Assembly (NCBI GenBank): GCA_029856105.1
Contig: JAHQWH010000016.1
Span: forward strand, 24,580 to 56,579
From: Promethearchaeia archaeon
GTDB taxonomy: Archaea; Asgardarchaeota; Lokiarchaeia; Sigyniarchaeales; SOKP01
Length of the DNA stretch: 32,000 nt
Direction of reading: 5' to 3'
A program made the position numbers and the translations under genes. The notes beneath the pieces were generated by a model. It was given only the letters and a program-made list of their open reading frames with translations, did not search any database and was not told the origin of the DNA. Positions 7,145 to 15,669 of the stretch are shown in pieces (position 1 is the first letter of the stretch; each line of letters starts with the position of its first letter).

Positions 7145-8572
7145 AAGAAAATTCCCGTCCACATTGGTCTTTTTGGCCATATAGATTCCGGCAAGACGGC
7201 AGTAGTCGCTGTTTTAAGTGAGTTTATTTCAACTGCAGGAATTGACGCTCATCCTCAGAGCAAGGAAAGGGGAATTACAATAGATTTAGGTTTTACGAGT
7301 TTAATTTTAGAGGAATATTTGATCACCTTAGTAGATGGTCCTGGTCACGCCGATTTGATTAAAATTAGTGCTTCTTCAGTGGAGATTATTGATTGTGCTC
7401 TAATCGTAATTGATATAACTAAAGGCCCTCAGATTCAAACTGGAGAACATTTAATAATGATAGAATCGCTCGACATCAAAGATGTTATAGTAGTACTTAA
7501 CAAAATTGACTTATTTAAAGGAGATTTAGATGCAGAAGTTAAGAAAATTAGAGAATTTTTTAAATCGACCTCATATGGTTCGGATATACCTATTTTTTCG
7601 GTTTCTGCAAAAAATCAACTCGGATTTGAAGATTTAAAGAAAGGAATTTTAGAGAAAATTAAAGCTTTAGATATTAAAAGAAATTACGAAGGAAGCGTTA
7701 TTATCCCAATTGATCACCATTTTTTAATAAAGGGAAGAGGAGCGGTAATTACTGGTACGATATTGGAGGGGAGGTTAAAACCAAACCAGGATATAGATGT
7801 GATCCCGGTTAATACTTCAGGTAGAGTCAAAACTATTCAAATTTTTCATCAGAATGTTGATGAAGCTAAAGCAGGCGATAGAGTTGGAATAAATATAAAG
7901 GGATTAGATATTAAAAAGGTATATCGAGGTTGTTACGCTACAAATAACAAGAAAGCATTCGATTTTTGCGACCTAATTGATATTCAAGTAAATCAAAGTA
8001 AATTATTCAAACCTAAGACTCAATTTGGAACCCAAGTGCATGTTACAATAGGGATGTTCACAGTTACGGGAAATTTATTTCCATATTATGAAAATAATGG
8101 GAAAAAGATTCAATTAGAAAGTTCGGGTGATTTAAATACATACAATGCCTTTTTATGGTTAAACGAAAAGGTTTTTATTAATAAGGAAAGGAATACAATG
8201 CTTTTAAGTCGATTGGACCTTCCACCGACAACCCTAAGGATACTCGGTGCAGCAAAATTGATCGCAGTAATTAAAGACCCTCCAAAATTGTATAAGTTTA
8301 AACTTAAGAAAGGATATGTTCAAAACCCTGAACAGACTCAAGGGATCGTTTGTAGTGGTTTAGCCCAAAGCTACGAAGGAGCTAAAAAAATCATTGGTCG
8401 CAAATTGGAGCCCCCATTTACTAAAATTATTGATACTTTTGGAACGAAAGGATTAGTAATTGTAGGAATTGAAACAAAAGACCAAACCTTGAAAAAAGGA
8501 GACCCAATCGCTTTAAAAGAATTACGGAGTTTCACATTGAAATCTAAAAAAGATTTAAATTTGCTGAATTAA
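7130..8572 (+). CDS. selB: selenocysteine-specific translation elongation factor SelB (archaeal/eukaryal EFSec type)
   Basis: 480 aa. GTPase motifs GHIDSGKT (G1), DGPGH (G3), NKID (G4) and SAK (G5). EF-Tu-like domain II (GAVITGTILEGRLKPNQDIDVIP). C-terminal extension. Lies close to SepSecS and tRNA-Sec. Confidence 0.85.
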   Translation: MLKIEKKIPVHIGLFGHIDSGKTAVVAVLSEFISTAGIDAHPQSKERGITIDLGFTSLILEEYLITLVDGPGHADLIKISASSVEIIDCALIVIDITKGPQIQTGEHLIMIESLDIKDVIVVLNKIDLFKGDLDAEVKKIREFFKSTSYGSDIPIFSVSAKNQLGFEDLKKGILEKIKALDIKRNYEGSVIIPIDHHFLIKGRGAVITGTILEGRLKPNQDIDVIPVNTSGRVKTIQIFHQNVDEAKAGDRVGINIKGLDIKKVYRGCYATNNKKAFDFCDLIDIQVNQSKLFKPKTQFGTQVHVTIGMFTVTGNLFPYYENNGKKIQLESSGDLNTYNAFLWLNEKVFINKERNTMLLSRLDLPPTTLRILGAAKLIAVIKDPPKLYKFKLKKGYVQNPEQTQGIVCSGLAQSYEGAKKIIGRKLEPPFTKIIDTFGTKGLVIVGIETKDQTLKKGDPIALKELRSFTLKSKKDLNLLN

Positions 8573-8599
8573 TTAATAATATTAAGTGAGGTTGTTAAA

Positions 8600-9037
8600 A
8601 TGGAAAAAATTGAAACATCAGAAATTAATATCGATCCAGAAATATTAAGTCAAATTATGCAAAATTTAGAGAAGTTAGAAAGTTCTACAGACTTGGAGGG
8701 TTCTGCAATCGTATCAAAAACGGGACTGAGAATAGCTAGCTCTGAAACTGCCGATATTGTAGCAGATATTTATAGTGCGAGCCCTGCCACATTAATTTCA
8801 TTGGGAGAAAAAATTAGTCGGGGTTTGGGACAAGGAGATTTAAGAGAAATAGTAATTAGAGGGGTAAAAGGTTATACTATTATTTTAGTTGGAGATTCAG
8901 ACAATAAATTCATGCTATTTACGAATTGTAGTAAAGGCTATAAGCTTGGCTATTATTTCCATAAAATTCGTAAATCCTTTAAAGAAATGGAGCCCGTTCT
9001 TAAGAAAATTGAATCAAAAGGTTTACATACTTCATAA
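8600..9037 (+). CDS. Roadblock/LC7 (MglB-like) domain protein
   Basis: 145 aa. LEGSAIVSKTGLRIASS...SLGEKISRGLGQGDLREIVIRGVKGYTIILVGD fits the Roadblock/LC7 pattern. A GAGGT sequence lies about 8 nt upstream of the ATG, and the gene starts 27 nt after the selB stop. Confidence 0.7.
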   Translation: MEKIETSEINIDPEILSQIMQNLEKLESSTDLEGSAIVSKTGLRIASSETADIVADIYSASPATLISLGEKISRGLGQGDLREIVIRGVKGYTIILVGDSDNKFMLFTNCSKGYKLGYYFHKIRKSFKEMEPVLKKIESKGLHTS

Positions 9038-9065
9038 ATTATAAGATTTGTAAGGTTACTTCTTT

Positions 9066-9455
9066 TTAAACGAGTTGCCATGTAACAAGATCACCAGATT
9101 TTAAGGGATATACTGATGCTCCTACACTGGGGCTAAAACTATTTATCATATATATCCAACTTCCACTAACACCGTCAATCGCTCTAACTATTATACCCCA
9201 ACCGAAATCGTCATATATAATAATACACCATTTCTCTAAGGCATCGAAGGCTGTAGTTTTACCATTATCAAGGGTAAAATTCGTTCTTGTTTTGATAGTT
9301 CCATTATTATAGTCTACAAACAACGAGATATCCTCTACGCTCTCCAATGTCTCCAATGTCTCAGGTTTTTCATACAAAATAGTGAAAATTATCAAAGACG
9401 CAAAAGCTGAGATACCAACAAGAGCAATTATTATAAACTTGACTTTTTTTCTCAT
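9066..9455 (-). CDS. membrane-anchored DUF4430-like (transcobalamin-like fold) protein
   Basis: 129 aa. N-terminal TM anchor. C-terminal TTAFDALEKW...IVRAIDGVSGSWIYMINSFSPSVGASVYPLKSGDLVTWQ resembles the DUF4430 pattern. Confidence 0.5.
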   Translation of the reverse strand: MRKKVKFIIIALVGISAFASLIIFTILYEKPETLETLESVEDISLFVDYNNGTIKTRTNFTLDNGKTTAFDALEKWCIIIYDDFGWGIIVRAIDGVSGSWIYMINSFSPSVGASVYPLKSGDLVTWQLV

Positions 9456-9486
9456 AAAATCTTCACGACAATATAAAAAATAATAA

Positions 9487-10320
9487 TTATTGAATACCTT
9501 TTTTTTTCCTACTTACTTTCCACGTTATTAGTATTAAAGCACCAGTTAAAATTATTCCGAGAAATAAGGTTGGGAAAGAAGGTATCGTTTCATCGGGTGG
9601 TTCAGTCTTTTGAAAATTTAATTCATAATCACTTAATTGTATCTCGAAATCAGGCCCAAAAATACTCTGGACTTTGCTATAGACAAGAATACCAGTTGTT
9701 CTATCATAAATCATTGTACTATTTTGATTCTTATTATCTTGTTTAAAAGTAAATTCAATCATGTAATCATATTCCTTAAAAATGAATTCTCCTGGTAAGT
9801 ATCCTGAATCTAATACCTGTTCTGCGGCTAAAGTTGTTAAGTTTCCTAAATTATTAATTTGAATTAGAAACCCAGAATGAAATGAATTATAACCAATAGC
9901 TAAGGATAATCCTGATTCGCTATTAGATACATTGTAGAAGGTTGTGTTAGTAACCAACATTCCAGTGATATTTTCAATGAAAGAGATGTTGATGTAAGGA
10001 ATCGGATTGTTAAAACATGAAGCTCCAAATGCTAAGGGATCATCATCATAAAACCCTGTAAAATTAACAACAATCTGGCCACTTGTATTTGTAATAGCAT
10101 CACCACGCGGAACCCAATTTAAATCAAGCCACGTAAATTTTGAATCAAATTGCGAGACATTGTAAATATAAGTTCTGTCTAATTCTAACTGTTGGGAATA
10201 TTTTTCGGGGATTTCTTGATTAGCTTTAGCATTTGGGGTTGAGACTAGAAAAAGTCCCTGAAATATCAGTGATAAGGCAAAAATACTTAGAAATGTAGTT
10301 TTTTTATTCATAATATCCAT
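9487..10320 (-). CDS. secreted, C-terminally anchored surface protein rich in N-glycosylation sequons
   Basis: 277 aa. Signal-like N-terminus (FLSIFALSLIFQGLFLVSTPNAKA). C-terminal TM plus basic tail (LFLGIILTGALILITWKVSRKKKG). Many N-x-S/T sites. Confidence 0.65.
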   Translation of the reverse strand: MDIMNKKTTFLSIFALSLIFQGLFLVSTPNAKANQEIPEKYSQQLELDRTYIYNVSQFDSKFTWLDLNWVPRGDAITNTSGQIVVNFTGFYDDDPLAFGASCFNNPIPYINISFIENITGMLVTNTTFYNVSNSESGLSLAIGYNSFHSGFLIQINNLGNLTTLAAEQVLDSGYLPGEFIFKEYDYMIEFTFKQDNKNQNSTMIYDRTTGILVYSKVQSIFGPDFEIQLSDYELNFQKTEPPDETIPSFPTLFLGIILTGALILITWKVSRKKKGIQ

Positions 10321-10468
10321 TTTTTGTAATTATAGGTTATGGAGTATATAGTGAATGGAGATTTTTAAACATAAGGAAAGTTATCCTATTTTTTCCGAAC
10401 TTTTAATACTCACCCTTCATAATCTATACCTATCATATTAACCAAAAAAAGTTGAAGATAATAGAAAT

Positions 10469-11143
10469 ATGAACCTTAGTTCAGATACACCCAAGAACCA
10501 TAATAAATCTCAAACTATAATCACTAATAATGCTGAGAAGATAGAAACTGAAAGAGTTACTAGTTCAGTTTGGTTGGAAAGGAAAACCTTTCGGATTGCT
10601 CTTATTGGCACATTTACGGCTTTAGCTATTGTTTTAGGGTATCTATTGGTACACCTTCCCAATATCGAGGTGTTTACTATGATGATCTTCTTAGCAGGAT
10701 TTATAATGAGCAAAAAGGAAGGAGCGATTATTGGACTATTAAGTGCATCTATTTTTACATTCTTTAATTTGGTAGGAACTTCCATAATTATTCCACAACT
10801 TTTCGTATACCAATTAATTCACTATTCTATGACGGGAGCTTTAGGTGGACTTGCTAAGGATTTCCTACGTAAAAAAGAGTATTTTAAACCAACAGAGGAC
10901 CTATATATTTTTCGGATAATGTTACTATTCGGATTTTTAGGAGCAATTATTACGTTTATATTTGATATTTTAAGCACGTATTTTTTTTTAAGCGGTTTTA
11001 CGGTTTCTATTACATTAGATTACTTTGTAGTTTCATACTTAATAAATATAGTTTTTACTACGGTCCACTTAATAGGAAACATTTTAGTTTTTGTATTCCT
11101 ACTACCAGGATTAATTCAGGTAATAACGAGATTACTAGATTAA
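10469..11143 (+). CDS. polytopic membrane protein, possibly ECF-transporter S-component-like
   Basis: 224 aa with about 5-6 hydrophobic helices after a 40-aa hydrophilic N-terminus. The assignment rests only on overall topology and the nearby DUF4430-like gene. Confidence 0.4.
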   Translation: MNLSSDTPKNHNKSQTIITNNAEKIETERVTSSVWLERKTFRIALIGTFTALAIVLGYLLVHLPNIEVFTMMIFLAGFIMSKKEGAIIGLLSASIFTFFNLVGTSIIIPQLFVYQLIHYSMTGALGGLAKDFLRKKEYFKPTEDLYIFRIMLLFGFLGAIITFIFDILSTYFFLSGFTVSITLDYFVVSYLINIVFTTVHLIGNILVFVFLLPGLIQVITRLLD

Positions 11144-11194
11144 CCTTAACGATTAATAAATTAAGAAGTTAATTAAAAAATTAGTAAAATTTGG

Positions 11195-11674
11195 TTAATT
11201 TGCTTCCGAAAGGAGTGTAACTTTACCACCAGCAGACTCAATTTTCTCAATGGCTCGTTTTGAAGCTTTGTCAACTGTTAGATTAATTTTTTTATTAATA
11301 TCTCCACGACCTAAGATTTTTTGGATATTTATATCTTTTAAATTAATGGTGTAAGTATTTCCCGTCTTAGTGGCAACATTTTTTACTGTGAGATCTTCAA
11401 TTTTTGAATCTAAATCTTTTATGTTTAGAGCGTTTACGCGGTAGATTCTGTTAATGTCTTGTGGTCTTTTAAAACCTCGTTTTCCAAAATCCCAATCTGG
11501 GTCTGGGAACCCAAGTTCTTTTTGCTTGAGATAATAACTTTTTTTACTTTTCTTCCATTGAGTTGTTTTACCTTTTCCAGCTCTCTGACCTGCTTTTCTG
11601 TGTTGACCTACTCTCCCATATCCATGTGTACGGGTCCCTCTCATTTTTCTAACTTTTTTTGGGAATTTTCGCAT
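11195..11674 (-). CDS. rpl15: 50S ribosomal protein uL15 (L15/L27Ae)
   Basis: MRGTRTHGYGRVGQHRKAGQRAGKG. Last gene of the r-protein operon. Confidence 0.92.
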   Translation of the reverse strand: MRKFPKKVRKMRGTRTHGYGRVGQHRKAGQRAGKGKTTQWKKSKKSYYLKQKELGFPDPDWDFGKRGFKRPQDINRIYRVNALNIKDLDSKIEDLTVKNVATKTGNTYTINLKDINIQKILGRGDINKKINLTVDKASKRAIEKIESAGGKVTLLSEAN

Positions 11675-11695
11675 AGTTTTATTTCACCTTTCTAA

Positions 11696-12241
11696 TTAAA
11701 TCATTTTATGAATTATCTCATTAATATATTGCTCTACATATCCCAAGGTGCCACCTTCATTATAATGCTTTTTAATCGTACCACGGTGCCCTTTCCTTGG
11801 AGGGTGCAATCGAAACACGGGTTTTATTTTATTTATATCATTCGTTTTGTACTGAATTTCTCCAGATATTAAAGCTTTTGTAAGTTCTTTTAAATCCTTA
11901 TATTTAGTTAGATTTTTAACATGCTCGTCGGTGAGTGGTTTATTTCCTTCTACTTTCCCTCTTGCTCTCAATAATCTCAACAGTGTTTTTTCATCGATTT
12001 CACCATAAGCTATATAATCTTTACATTTTTTAAGCATACCAACATAGCTTATTTCACCCCAAATAAGAACTCCATGGTTAACCCTGTGCATTCTCAACAT
12101 TTTCAGTGTGTCTAAAATTACTCGTTTCATTCCTGGTGCGCCTCTTATACGAACTGCGAAGTACAGGACAGGGGGTTTCGGTTTTTTTATTTTAGATTTT
12201 TTTCTAACTATAACATTATTTTCAGCCATCATATACACCAC
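11696..12241 (-). CDS. rpl30: 50S ribosomal protein uL30 (L30/L7e)
   Basis: LYFAVRIRGAPGMKRVILDTLKMLRMHRVNHGVL and operon position. The start is ambiguous: GTG at 12241 or ATG at 12232/12229. Confidence 0.9.
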   Translation of the reverse strand: MVYMMAENNVIVRKKSKIKKPKPPVLYFAVRIRGAPGMKRVILDTLKMLRMHRVNHGVLIWGEISYVGMLKKCKDYIAYGEIDEKTLLRLLRARGKVEGNKPLTDEHVKNLTKYKDLKELTKALISGEIQYKTNDINKIKPVFRLHPPRKGHRGTIKKHYNEGGTLGYVEQYINEIIHKMI

Positions 12242-12248
12242 TCATCAT

Positions 12249-12902
12249 CTATAAATTGAAATTAAATTTGTGAGCATTTTTAAGCGCGGTAACAGTAGCT
12301 TTTACAAGATTTTCGCTTGTTCTAGTATCGCCGAAAGTTTTGCTCCAGATATCTTCGATACCTGCTAATTTTAATACTTGTTTAACTTTATCTGCACAAG
12401 CTAACCCCACTCCTTGTGGCGCCGGGATCAATCGTATTTTCACAGAACCACATTTTCCATCTACCTTAAATGGTACGCTGTGAGTATGACCACAACCACA
12501 TTCTTTACTACCACACCCTCTAAGAACGGGTATAACAGAAAGCTTAGCTCTATCAATTGCCTTTCTTATTGCAGGTCCTACTTCTCGTGACTTTGCTGAG
12601 CCTACACCTATAAAACCATCAGTTCCGACAAGTACAACTGCTTTGAATCTAGATCGTTGACCGCTAGCAGTCATTTGTTGTACCATGGAGATAGAAACCA
12701 CACTCTCATTTAATTGTGGGAGAAGAATGTCGATAATTTGTTTCTCCTTGACAATGAGATTATTAGCAAATATTTTTTCTAATGTGATTAGGCCTTCTTT
12801 GACCAATTCGCCCAAGCGTGTTTTTGGAACCCATCCTTCGGTAGGATTTCTTGGTTTTCTTTTTCCTTGATTTCTTTGTCTTTGATTTCTTTGTTGACTC
12901 AT
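12249..12902 (-). CDS. rps5: 30S ribosomal protein uS5 (S5/S2e)
   Basis: FKAVVLVGTDGFIGVGSAKSREVGPAIRKA...IPAPQGVGLACADKVKQVLKLAGIEDIW. Confidence 0.93.
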   Translation of the reverse strand: MSQQRNQRQRNQGKRKPRNPTEGWVPKTRLGELVKEGLITLEKIFANNLIVKEKQIIDILLPQLNESVVSISMVQQMTASGQRSRFKAVVLVGTDGFIGVGSAKSREVGPAIRKAIDRAKLSVIPVLRGCGSKECGCGHTHSVPFKVDGKCGSVKIRLIPAPQGVGLACADKVKQVLKLAGIEDIWSKTFGDTRTSENLVKATVTALKNAHKFNFNL

Positions 12903-12916
12903 TTTAACTCACTTGT

Positions 12917-13510
12917 TTAAGCATTATTTTCAATTGTTTTGAATGTATTCGAAACAATTTGACTAATTTTTAATGGATTTATTTTATTTTTCTTTAGATA
13001 ACCTGAGAAAATTTGATCGTATTTTTCTGGATTCTCGTTTTTTAGAAGATTCGCAAATTTTTCTATTTGAGCCCCAGTGATTCGTTCGTCCAAATCGTCT
13101 GGAAAGAAGCTTTCCTTATAGGGTACCTCTAATTCTGATTTTAAAATACCTTTAAAAGCCGCGAGTACTCGAATTCTATGGTAAAAGATGCCTAAATCGA
13201 GAATGGCTTCATGAATATTTTGTTTTTTAGCCCTCAGACCTGCTAAAAAACCAGTTAAATATGCTGCTGGGACATTTCCAGTATTTGCTTTATATCCAAA
13301 TTTTGAAGTTAATTCCGTAGAATGGGCAGAGACTAAAACTTTATCGCCACCGAATTTAGATTGAATAATTTGGACAATAATATGATTGTTTGAAGCCCTA
13401 ATTACAACTCTTAACTTTTTTGATTTTAGTAACCTTAATCTCCTATGGTAATTTGTTTTACCTTCTTCTCTCCTTCGATTAGATCGACGATATCTCGGTC
13501 CTTTTGCCAT
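12917..13510 (-). CDS. rpl18: 50S ribosomal protein uL18 (L18/L5e)
   Basis: GPRYRRSNRRREEGKTNYHRRLRLLKSKKLRVVIRASNNHIIVQI. Confidence 0.93.
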   Translation of the reverse strand: MAKGPRYRRSNRRREEGKTNYHRRLRLLKSKKLRVVIRASNNHIIVQIIQSKFGGDKVLVSAHSTELTSKFGYKANTGNVPAAYLTGFLAGLRAKKQNIHEAILDLGIFYHRIRVLAAFKGILKSELEVPYKESFFPDDLDERITGAQIEKFANLLKNENPEKYDQIFSGYLKKNKINPLKISQIVSNTFKTIENNA

Positions 13511-13969
13511 TTACGACCTACCTCTCTTGATTAAATCTTTTTCTTTAATATGACGGTTCATTTGAGCGACGCTATTAAACATTCCACCTTTAGCGTTTTT
13601 GTATAGCTTTCTATATGTTGCTGTAGTGATTAATTTTCTATCCCTCAACTTCTTCAATTCTCGTCTCTGAGGACGAATGCGTTTCATCCAAGCTTTTTTC
13701 TTGGGAGTTCTTGCGCCTTTAGTTCCCTTTCTTTTGCCTATTCCCCTAGCCCTGCCTTTTTTCTTTCTTTCGTGGCGGATATTTTTCCTAAATTTTGAGT
13801 TTCCTTTTTTATATTTTTTCTGAATTATTCCTTCTTTAATTAAATTTCGGATATCCTGTCGAGTAATTGCCATTTTAATCTCATCGATTAAATAGGGATC
13901 GCAATAAACTCGATTTTCCCCACATTTTAAAATTTCTGCAGCCATTCTTTTTTGGGCTTTTAAACTCAT
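13511..13969 (-). CDS. rpl19e: 50S ribosomal protein eL19
   Basis: LKAQKRMAAEILKCGENRVYCDP...RKGTKGARTPKKKAWMKRIRPQRRELKKLR. Confidence 0.93.
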   Translation of the reverse strand: MSLKAQKRMAAEILKCGENRVYCDPYLIDEIKMAITRQDIRNLIKEGIIQKKYKKGNSKFRKNIRHERKKKGRARGIGKRKGTKGARTPKKKAWMKRIRPQRRELKKLRDRKLITTATYRKLYKNAKGGMFNSVAQMNRHIKEKDLIKRGRS

Positions 13970-14010
13970 TTTTTATCACACAAATCTATTATTAATTATA
14001 AATATTCTTT

Positions 14011-14475
14011 CTAATCCTCATCGTCAAGCAAATCATCGTCGTCCAAATCTTCAATAGACGACTCCAACATTGCCTCTAATCCTTCTAATTCTTTTTGAGA
14101 GATTCCTGAATTAAGAACTTTAAATCCTCTACTTTGAGCGTAATCAATTAAAACGATCCTTTTTTTAACACCTAATTTACTTGATATTTTAAGCGCGTGT
14201 TTTTTGTTACTTAAGCCTTTAATATCGTTAATATTGACAACTCTTACTTCTTCATATCCAGATGGATGAAGTCCTCTAACTTTTTTAGGTCCTCTATACC
14301 CTATGGATGGAGATTTAACACCAGATTTTGATTTTATTCGAGTTCGTGAATCGATCCCTCTAGCCTTTCTCCAAGGATCTTTTACTCTCACATATCTCCA
14401 CGATTCTACACGTCTAAAAGATGGTCGTTTTTTATTGATTTTTTTCCTGAGTTCTATTAATCTTTTTTGTTCCAT
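14011..14475 (-). CDS. rpl32e: 50S ribosomal protein eL32, with an acidic C-terminal tail
   Basis: RPSFRRVESWRYVRVKDPWRKARGIDSRTR...GLHPSGYEEVRV. Tail is LDDDDLLDDED. Confidence 0.92.
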   Translation of the reverse strand: MEQKRLIELRKKINKKRPSFRRVESWRYVRVKDPWRKARGIDSRTRIKSKSGVKSPSIGYRGPKKVRGLHPSGYEEVRVVNINDIKGLSNKKHALKISSKLGVKKRIVLIDYAQSRGFKVLNSGISQKELEGLEAMLESSIEDLDDDDLLDDED

Positions 14476-14490
14476 CGTTTTTACCTCAAT

Positions 14491-15069
14491 TTATTTTATT
14501 TCCCAAGTAACTTCTTCTCCAATCTGTCTTTTGTAGAGGTATACTCCATCTTGAAAAACTCTTGGATCTTTCTTCCTAATTCTGCAGCATTTTTGTATAT
14601 TTGCTGCAGTTTGTCCCAATGTTTCTTTATCGGGTCCAGTCAAAATAACATCTTCGCCTTTAACTTTAACTTCTACATTATCTAAATAATGTGTAACTCT
14701 TGGAGCTCTTTCTCCAAGAAAATTGACTACATGTATTTCTTTTTTGTCAGGCTTCACTTCCACCGTACATGGAAAATGACTGTAGCACACTTTACAAATA
14801 TATTTATAATTTGTTTGAACCCCAACTATTAAATTTTTAATTAAATTGATAATTGTCTTAGTTAAGGCGAGAGTTCCGCTTTTTGGGAAGTTTGTAGAAA
14901 ACATTATTTTATTCCCTTCAATTGAGACCTTTATACCCCTCACATGAGAGAAATCTTTTGTTATTTTTCCATTGGGCCCATTTACAGTAATATGATGATT
15001 TCCATCAAGGGTAACTTTCACTCCTTCCGGAATTTCCAATTCTTCCTTATAAAATGCTACTTTTACCAT
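14491..15069 (-). CDS. rpl6: 50S ribosomal protein uL6
   Basis: Two-repeat L6 pattern (VKVTLDGNHHITVNGPNGKITKDF...YSHFPCTVEV) and operon position. Confidence 0.92.
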   Translation of the reverse strand: MVKVAFYKEELEIPEGVKVTLDGNHHITVNGPNGKITKDFSHVRGIKVSIEGNKIMFSTNFPKSGTLALTKTIINLIKNLIVGVQTNYKYICKVCYSHFPCTVEVKPDKKEIHVVNFLGERAPRVTHYLDNVEVKVKGEDVILTGPDKETLGQTAANIQKCCRIRKKDPRVFQDGVYLYKRQIGEEVTWEIK

Positions 15070-15091
15070 TTACTATTACCTTCTTTCAATA

Positions 15092-15454
15092 TTAATAAAT
15101 ATAACATAAAGTCATGCCGCCAACATGTTTTTCTTCTGCCTCTTTCATGGTCATTATACCTTGGTTAGTGGTTAATACAATTATTCCTAACCCTGGCGCG
15201 GGAAGCAACCTTCTTTCGAGTGATTCAAATTGATTAGTCGTATAGTTAAGCCTCAATAAACCCGCACATTGGTTTATTTTACCTAATAGGGCAATTTTAA
15301 ACTTTCCTTGCCTTCCATCGTCATATCTCTCAAATTCTCCAATATATGCGTGCTGCTGGAAGATGCGAAGAATTTTTTGTGTTAATTTCGAAGCAGGGTT
15401 AATTATTACTTCTTTTTTTCTTGCTCTTTCTGCGTTCTTGAGATTGTTGCACAT
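15092..15454 (-). CDS. rps8: 30S ribosomal protein uS8 (the true start may lie upstream at 15475; see findings)
   Basis: NNLKNAERARKKEVIINPASKL...GGMTLCYIY matches archaeal S8 end to end. Confidence 0.9.
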   Translation of the reverse strand: MCNNLKNAERARKKEVIINPASKLTQKILRIFQQHAYIGEFERYDDGRQGKFKIALLGKINQCAGLLRLNYTTNQFESLERRLLPAPGLGIIVLTTNQGIMTMKEAEEKHVGGMTLCYIY

Positions 15455-15497
15455 ATCGGTAAGTGTGTTTGTTATTTTTTACACCTCATTCCTAATT

Positions 15498-15644
15498 TTA
15501 ATCGTACCTATAAAATCCAATTTCTTTTCCAATTTCATAAAAACAACGACGACATATATATAAACCATACCTTCTTATAACGCCTCTATGGGTATGGCAG
15601 CGCCTACATTCTCTCTGACCCTTACCTATCTTACCTTGTGGCAT
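15498..15644 (-). CDS. rps14: 30S ribosomal protein uS14 (zinc-binding S14/S29e type), 48 aa
   Basis: Hand translation, below the ORF-track cut-off: MPQGKIGKGQRECRRCHTHRGVIRRYGLYICRRCFYEIGKEIGFYRYD*. Has CxxC...CxxC and sits between uL5 and uS8 as expected. Confidence 0.9.
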   Translation of the reverse strand: MPQGKIGKGQRECRRCHTHRGVIRRYGLYICRRCFYEIGKEIGFYRYD

Positions 15645-15669
15645 AATTATCAAAATTATTTTTTTTTCT

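Noticed and set aside
10510-10785. ORFs of 91 aa (-) and 65 aa (+, alternative frame) inside the 10469-11143 membrane-protein gene.
   Set aside because: They are nested within a longer ORF that has a coherent TM-helix pattern, and they have no independent support.
12229-12251. The minus strand reads ATGATGA, resembling a C/D-box sRNA C box.
   Set aside because: It is the uS5 stop (TAG) plus the uL30 start region. There is no D box (CUGA) or terminal stem at a suitable distance.
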